From assembly GCF_000354175.2 (NCBI RefSeq), contig NC_022359.1:120001-152000 (forward strand): a DNA stretch of 32,000 nucleotides. The letters are read 5' to 3'. Position numbers and translations under genes: made by a program. Numbering within the stretch: position 1 is the stretch's first letter; each line of letters opens with the position of its first letter. The stretch is from Vibrio alginolyticus NBRC 15630 = ATCC 17749. GTDB taxonomy: Bacteria; Pseudomonadota; Gammaproteobacteria; Enterobacterales; Vibrionaceae. Shown piece after piece: positions 26,893-32,000 of this stretch. The notes below the pieces were generated by a model, which saw only the letters and a list, made by a program, of their open reading frames with translations, did not search any database and was not told where the DNA came from.

Positions 26893-26952
26893 CTTGTTAA
26901 CTGACTGTTTTAGATAGACTTATTGATAATAAATCCGATTGTTACAAACAAA

Positions 26953-26980
26953 AAATCCCTGAGCATTCACTCAGGGATTT
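26953..26980 (-). terminator. Rho-independent terminator after the MCP gene
   Basis: aaatccctgag-cattca-ctcagggattt, with an 11-bp stem. On the minus strand it is followed by tttttgtttgt. Confidence 0.8.
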
Positions 26981-27005
26981 AGAGATTTGATAAGTAGATG
27001 ATGAA

Positions 27006-28634
27006 TTAAAGCTTAAAGAAACTTAATTGCTCTTTCTGCTTCTCTGCAAGTAATGAAAGCTCAGTACTCGCACTTGCACTCTGGCTGATGCCCGCTACGT
27101 TTTGGTTTACAAGCTCCGACATGTTAACCACGTTGCGATTGATATCTTGAGTAACTTGAGACTGCTCTTCGGCTGCGGTTGCTACTTGCGTGTTTGAATC
27201 GTTGATGTTGGCGACCGACTCGGTAATTCCAACCAACGCCTCATTCGCTTGTTGCGTCAGCTCGTTGTTGCGGCTAAGCATATCAAGGCTGACTTGCATA
27301 CTGTCATTCGCAAGCCCAGACTGCGCTTGAAGCTCTTCAATGATCGTTTGGATCTCTTGTGTCGAGTCTTGAGTACGCGCTGCTAGCATGCGTACTTCAT
27401 CAGCTACTACCGCAAAACCACGACCAGACTCACCAGCTCGCGCCGCTTCAATCGCAGCATTCAATGCTAGCAAGTTGGTCTGCTCAGATACGCCGCGAAT
27501 CACTTCAATAACATCGTTGATCTGTACAGATTGCTCTTTTAGACGCAAAACAACTTGCGCTGCATCGTTCAATGCTTGAGACATTTGCGCACTTGCTTCC
27601 GCACTTTCTTGGAAGATAGCCAAACCTGATTGAGCAAGTCCATCAGCTTCACGCGCGGTTGCGTCAGCAGAGGTCGCGTTATCACTCACATTATTCGCAG
27701 TGCTTGCAAGCTCGTTAACCGCAGATGCAACTTGCTCGATCTCCGCCAACTCTTGTTGAGCGTTCGCTTCCGCTTGCGTCATTACTGCAGCTAATTCGGT
27801 CGATGCAGATGCAACTTCCTCACTAATACGGGTTAACTGGTCCACAGTGTTGTATAACTGCTCTGCGGTTTGGTTTACATCTTTGCTCAGCTTAGAGATC
27901 TCATTGTCCCCATCGACATCTGCACGTACTGATAGATTACCCATTGCTAACTGACGCATCACTTCTTGCAGCTTTTGGATTGGTGTAACAATCATGCCAG
28001 ATAGGAACCAAGCGCCTATCAATGAGAAAGCAAATACCGCTAAAACCGTCAACATAGCGTTATTTTGCACACGTTCATTTTGCTGATGACTTCTGATAGT
28101 AGATTGTTCAGCTTGCTCGTTTACATGCTTTGATAGCGTGTTAATTTGTTGGACCATTTCTCGGCCAACATTGCGATACTCTTTGACAAATGCACGGTAC
28201 TCGCTATCCGATTTCAAACCTTGATCGTATTGGTTGAAGAAAGCAACTGAGCGCTCTGAATATCGCACATAGGATTCAATTGCTTGGCGAACTTTAACGG
28301 CATCGTCACGGAATAGGTTTCGGGCTTCAATTGCGCTTAAATCGGCATCAACTTGCTTTAAGCCTTCTTTCAATTCGGTTAGAAAATTCTCACGACGAGA
28401 AGCATCGTAAATAGCGTAAACCGCGCTTATGCGCAGAGGGTAAATTTGGTCGTCAATACTCGCCAATGTGTCTTTGTGAAAAACCAAAGATTCTTGGTTG
28501 GAAGCAATAACATCTTGCTCTGCTTGAAGATTGTTTTTAGTAATCCAAAGAGCAATAAACAAAACAATCGCGGTAAATAATACCGGAACCAAAATTTGCG
28601 TTCGTACTGACAAATTTTTCAGTGATAACTGCAT
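27006..28634 (-). CDS. Methyl-accepting chemotaxis protein
   Basis: 542 aa. N-terminal TM, periplasmic helical sensor, second TM, HAMP ([32 protein letters not shown]), and the highly conserved signalling hairpin [33 protein letters not shown]. Confidence 0.93.
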   Translation of the reverse strand: MQLSLKNLSVRTQILVPVLFTAIVLFIALWITKNNLQAEQDVIASNQESLVFHKDTLASIDDQIYPLRISAVYAIYDASRRENFLTELKEGLKQVDADLSAIEARNLFRDDAVKVRQAIESYVRYSERSVAFFNQYDQGLKSDSEYRAFVKEYRNVGREMVQQINTLSKHVNEQAEQSTIRSHQQNERVQNNAMLTVLAVFAFSLIGAWFLSGMIVTPIQKLQEVMRQLAMGNLSVRADVDGDNEISKLSKDVNQTAEQLYNTVDQLTRISEEVASASTELAAVMTQAEANAQQELAEIEQVASAVNELASTANNVSDNATSADATAREADGLAQSGLAIFQESAEASAQMSQALNDAAQVVLRLKEQSVQINDVIEVIRGVSEQTNLLALNAAIEAARAGESGRGFAVVADEVRMLAARTQDSTQEIQTIIEELQAQSGLANDSMQVSLDMLSRNNELTQQANEALVGITESVANINDSNTQVATAAEEQSQVTQDINRNVVNMSELVNQNVAGISQSASASTELSLLAEKQKEQLSFFKL

Positions 28635-28704
28635 GACAGGGCCTCAGTTGTATGCGTGATGTCTATATCCAAACAAACTCGAGCAGTGCCTATAACAACG
28701 TTAC

Positions 28705-28733
28705 TTTTCGGCAGTTTGAATATCTATGCTTCC
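28705..28733 (-). promoter_or_regulatory. Possible sigma-28 (FliA)-type promoter for the MCP gene
   Basis: On the minus strand GCCGAAAA (28712..28705) matches the consensus -10 GCCGATAA in 7 of 8 positions. A weak GGAAGC lies 15 nt upstream where TAAAG would be expected. The site is about 70 nt upstream of the ATG. Confidence 0.3.
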
Positions 28734-28834
28734 TTGCGACGGGATAAATCCCAGACGAATAAACAAGTGGCGAATATTAGAGGTCGATCACACTTTTGTC
28801 TAGTACAAAAACTCTCCATTTTCAATCTGTTATT

Positions 28835-28868
28835 GACAATATCCCGACAGTGGCGTCGGGATATTGTC
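28835..28868. repeat. Perfect 14-bp-stem hairpin downstream of the lon-like gene
   Basis: gacaatatcccgac-agtggc-gtcgggatattgtc. No U-tract follows on the minus strand, so it is not a textbook terminator. Confidence 0.7.
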
Positions 28869-28869
28869 G

Positions 28870-28896
28870 TTATGATAAATTATGATCACTTATGAT
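28870..28896. repeat. Three direct TTATGAT repeats with exact 10-bp periodicity
   Basis: TTATGAT at 28870-28876, 28880-28886 and 28890-28896 (ttatgataaa/ttatgatcac/ttatgatgag), directly abutting the hairpin. Confidence 0.7.
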
Positions 28897-28927
28897 GAGA
28901 TACATTCACATTTAGGACGGTTTCAGC

Positions 28928-31288
28928 CTATTTTCTCAACGAATTGAGCTTAGCTTGAGCAAGGCCAAAAATGGTATCGATTGGATAAGAACCTTCATCA
29001 GTTGGCTCACCAGCAACTTTCCCCGTAAACAATTCGATAGCTTCAGTAACATGGTCAATCGCCCAAATATTAAACTCGCCTTTTTCGACTGCTTTCACGA
29101 TGTCGGAACGAAGCATTAGATTGTGAACATTAGAGCGCGGAATAATGACCCCCTGCCCGTCATGACGACCTTTAATTACACACACATCATAAAAGCCTTC
29201 GATCTTTTCGTTTACGCCACCAATAGGCTGAGCTTGACCAAATTGATTCATCGACCCTGTTATCGCAATGTCTTGTCGGTTTGGTTGCTTTGAAAAAGCA
29301 GACACAACCGCACATAACTCAGCCATGCTGGCACTATCACCATCAACACCACCATAAGATTGCTCAAAGGTAATGGTTGTCGTTAATGGCACTCGTGCCG
29401 TTTTACCAAATACGGAAGATAAGTAGGCAGACAAAATCATCACGCCCTTAGAGTGAATACTGCCACCCAAATCCACGCTGCGCTCGATATCGATAACATC
29501 CCCATCACCGTAACACGTCGTCGCTGTGATGCGATTCGGTGCACCAAACATGTAGTCACTAGTGCTCAATACCGAAAGTGCGTTCACTTGGCCTACGGCT
29601 TCTCCTTCGGTGCGAATCAGCGTTGTGCCGTTAATAAAGGTTTCCATTACGTTATCGCGTAATCGGCTTACTCGCATTTCTTGGTTATTGAGCGCCTCTT
29701 CAACATGCCCAATACGAATCATGTTGGAGTTGGCTTGACGAGCTACGTAGTTCGACTCTCGAAGCAAGTTGGCGATATTAGCCGAATGTAGAGATAGCTT
29801 GGATTGGTCGCCAGACAAACGTGAGCTGTATTCGATGATTCGAGCAATGGCTTTGCGATCGCAATGCAGCATATTGTTGTCATGCACCACGCTAGAGATA
29901 AAGCGCGCGTAATGCAGCTCAGACTCCGGCGTACGTTTCATTTCGTCTTCGAAATCTGCCGTCACGCGGAACAACTCGCTGAACTCTGGATCGTAATGTT
30001 GGAGTAATTGGTAAGTTCGGTAATCACCAAATAAGATGATTTTGATATCAAGCGGAATCGGTTCAGGATCGAGTGATACCGCCCCCGTCAATGTGACTTC
30101 TTTTTCTAGAGACGTAAAACTCAATTGACGAGCACGCAATGCGCGCTTCAAACCATCCCAAACGTAAGGCTGTTCAAGTACTTTCTGAGCATCCATTAAT
30201 AGAACGCCGCCATTCGCCTTATGCAAGCTCCCTGCGCGAATCAGCGAGAAGTCGGTAAACACCGTTCCCTTGAAAGTGGCAGTCTCAATCGACCCGAAGA
30301 GTGAATGATAGTTGGGGTTTTCTTCAACAACGATAGGAAATTCGCTGCTTTTACGGCTTACCAAGACGTTCACTTTATAACGACGTGGCAATTTTTTATC
30401 CAAGGATGCCGTCGCAATTTCGCCTTGCTCGCCACTTTGGTCAAGGAAGATATCTGCGTTTTCAACAATATCTTTTTGCAGCTCAGTTAAGTAGGTTTTG
30501 ATTTCGGAATATTGCGCGTAATCCACTTTGAGTTTTTTGATGAAGTGAGTAATCACATCAAGCGTCACTTCATCATTGAGCTTTTTGATTTTATCGCTGT
30601 ATGTCTCTTCCCACTCCGTAAGCTCACGAACCATCGAGCGCAATCGCACTTCGAGTTCATCAATAGCATCGCTGAATTGCTCTTGTTCTTTTTTGCTTAG
30701 TACATCAAAAGACTCTTCCGTATGAAGCTCATCACCGTTCATGGCGACAAACTGATAATCCCCCTGTGTAGTCAGTGTTAGGCTGATGCCTTTTTCTTTT
30801 GCCTCTCGACTAATACGATCCAGCTCGTTTTGTTGCTTAGCTGCCAATTGATTTTTTAATCGCTCAGCGCGGCTAAAGTACATTTCATTGTCGAATGCTA
30901 GGGGTAAAGCATTCAATAATTTGCCCATTAAAGCTTCAATATCAACACGTAGCTTATTTCCGATACCACAAGGCAGCTTTAATACCTTTGGTGTACGGGT
31001 ATCCTCAAAGTTCGCAACGTAACACCAATCAAACAGGGCTGCTGCATCGTGTTGGTGACGATTCAGATAGCGCAAGATCATGGTGCGTTTACCTAGCCCA
31101 TTCTGACCAATGGCGTAGATGTTATACCCTTTCTCTTTGATGGACATCGCAAACTCGACCGCTTTTTGCGCGCGCTCTTGGCCCACGATTTCATCAATTG
31201 GAGGTAACTCCTTGGTCGACTTACATGGCATATTCTCTAGATCTGCTACAGAATATAGCTGCTTAGCTTCCAATCTTAGTATTGCCAT
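28928..31288 (-). CDS. Lon-like protease of the LonB/LonC type: an AAA-like domain with a large helical insertion plus an S16 Ser-Lys protease domain
   Basis: The C-terminal Lon protease domain has the catalytic Ser in GGVDGDSASMAE and the catalytic Lys in GGVNEKIEG. The N-terminal P-loop is GQNGLGKRT and the Walker-B-like motif is VLLMDAQ, with ~300 aa of largely helical, charged sequence between them. I prefer the ATG at 31288 (SD aggaag 5 nt upstream) over the track's ATG at 31318, which has no SD. Confidence 0.85.
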   Translation of the reverse strand: MAILRLEAKQLYSVADLENMPCKSTKELPPIDEIVGQERAQKAVEFAMSIKEKGYNIYAIGQNGLGKRTMILRYLNRHQHDAAALFDWCYVANFEDTRTPKVLKLPCGIGNKLRVDIEALMGKLLNALPLAFDNEMYFSRAERLKNQLAAKQQNELDRISREAKEKGISLTLTTQGDYQFVAMNGDELHTEESFDVLSKKEQEQFSDAIDELEVRLRSMVRELTEWEETYSDKIKKLNDEVTLDVITHFIKKLKVDYAQYSEIKTYLTELQKDIVENADIFLDQSGEQGEIATASLDKKLPRRYKVNVLVSRKSSEFPIVVEENPNYHSLFGSIETATFKGTVFTDFSLIRAGSLHKANGGVLLMDAQKVLEQPYVWDGLKRALRARQLSFTSLEKEVTLTGAVSLDPEPIPLDIKIILFGDYRTYQLLQHYDPEFSELFRVTADFEDEMKRTPESELHYARFISSVVHDNNMLHCDRKAIARIIEYSSRLSGDQSKLSLHSANIANLLRESNYVARQANSNMIRIGHVEEALNNQEMRVSRLRDNVMETFINGTTLIRTEGEAVGQVNALSVLSTSDYMFGAPNRITATTCYGDGDVIDIERSVDLGGSIHSKGVMILSAYLSSVFGKTARVPLTTTITFEQSYGGVDGDSASMAELCAVVSAFSKQPNRQDIAITGSMNQFGQAQPIGGVNEKIEGFYDVCVIKGRHDGQGVIIPRSNVHNLMLRSDIVKAVEKGEFNIWAIDHVTEAIELFTGKVAGEPTDEGSYPIDTIFGLAQAKLNSLRK

Positions 31289-31419
31289 ATCCACTTCCTT
31301 TTTTCTTATTTTCGTCATTTGAGTGTAGAGATTATTTGCTTAATTTTAAGTGATTTACCTTCCACCCTAGATTGATTGGACATTTTATGAACACATAAGT
31401 GATATTAACACGCACTTGC

Positions 31420-31434
31420 AATTGATAATCAATT
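31420..31434. promoter_or_regulatory. Perfect 7-1-7 palindrome, Fur-box-like, in the divergent promoter region
   Basis: AATTGAT-A-ATCAATT. The 19-mer 31418-31436 matches GATAATGATAATCATTATC at 13 of 19 positions with a perfect central TGATAATCA. It lies 42 nt upstream of the ATG at 31476. Confidence 0.4.
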
Positions 31435-31475
31435 TCATTTAATATCTAAACAAATCAAATGTTGTGGAGATGGAT

Positions 31476-31973
31476 ATGAATATTGAGCAATGCTGGATGC
31501 GCTACTTAAAAGCGGAGCAACTGATGGAACAAGGCCATTGGCCAGAAGCTCATCGTTTATATGACGACGTGCTCAACAATCTACCCAACCACATTCATTT
31601 AGCGCTAGAAAATGCACAAACTAAACCTTGCCAGTTTGTATGTCTCATTACGGGGCTTAGAGATGCCAGCGTGACGCAATCAGAGATTCTCAACAAACTC
31701 GGCTTACAACATGATGCGTTCTCAATACTCAATCAAACTTACGCGCTATTTCAATTTTTGCAGCTAGAGAGCCATGAACTGATTGAGCGCGTAGGTCACC
31801 TACTTGGTCAACAGAGCGAAGACTTGTTAGCTCACATGGCGGCATTTTGCGCTGCCCAACGTAATGCTCAATGGATGATAGAACTCGAGCACGTAACGCG
31901 CGCGCATGAGCAGTTCTTACATTTGCAAGTAATGAGTTCGGCAAAAGCTTCGCCTTCTCACCTGTATAATTAA
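31476..31973 (+). CDS. Hypothetical protein with no domain I can recognise
   Basis: The ORF is 169 aa from GTG 31464. I prefer the ATG at 31476 (GGAG 6 nt upstream), giving MNIEQCWMRYLKAEQLMEQGHWPEAHRLYDDVL... It is predicted all-helical and the first ~40 aa look like a single TPR-like hairpin. Confidence 0.6.
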   Translation: MNIEQCWMRYLKAEQLMEQGHWPEAHRLYDDVLNNLPNHIHLALENAQTKPCQFVCLITGLRDASVTQSEILNKLGLQHDAFSILNQTYALFQFLQLESHELIERVGHLLGQQSEDLLAHMAAFCAAQRNAQWMIELEHVTRAHEQFLHLQVMSSAKASPSHLYN

Positions 31974-32000
31974 TCTAAAGCTCAAGCATTGAGGCCAGCT

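Noticed and set aside
28870-28896. CRISPR-like or minisatellite array
   Set aside because: There are only three 10-bp units with 3-nt variable parts. There are no spacers of CRISPR size and no cas genes. I report it as a short phased repeat instead.

Overview
The window looks like ordinary core or semi-core chromosome of a Vibrio-like gammaproteobacterium. That assignment is an inference from protein content: an OmpU-type porin, Lpp with an Ldt, YiaWV, DeoD and PhrB. About 30 protein genes are tightly packed, with hairpin terminators between convergent genes.

I see no rRNA, tRNA or CRISPR array. I see no integrase, phage genes or IS element bounded by inverted repeats.

Left to right:
- A 5'-partial oligopeptidase B gene, absent from the ORF track because it runs off the edge.
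- A DEAD-box helicase.
- lpp convergent with an Lpp-attaching L,D-transpeptidase.
- A same-strand photolyase cluster: ybgA-like, MerR/LitR-like regulator, phrB, then ldt.
- deoD.
- An orphan 489-aa zinc-ribbon/HTH protein with an IS1/IS1595-transposase-like N-terminus.
- An overlapping pair of paralogous TPR proteins, one with a degenerate GGDEF domain and one with an intact GGEEF domain.
- yiaWV.
- A dedicated ECF transporter (S, fused A-A', T) whose ATPase gene carries a 1-nt frameshift in an A6 run.
- A YrhK-like gene and an MFS transporter.
- An orphan napGH pair with FNR-like and NarP-like sites upstream.
- A GNAT gene, then a small GNAT ATGA-coupled to an APH/EcKL-type kinase.
- A YcgR-like PilZ protein, an OmpU-type porin and an MCP.
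- A LonC-like protease with degenerate Walker motifs, and a 166-aa unknown protein.

Nothing here is clearly a complete novel multi-gene system. The best candidates for follow-up are:
- the zinc-ribbon, transposase-like orphan;
- the overlapping dead/active diguanylate cyclase pair next to it;
- the twin TRTAYA-N11-TRTAYA operators upstream of the photolyase cluster;
- the orphan napGH;
- the frameshifted ECF module;
- the LonC-like protease locus with its flanking repeats.

All functional calls come from reading the translations and motifs by eye. No database search was possible.
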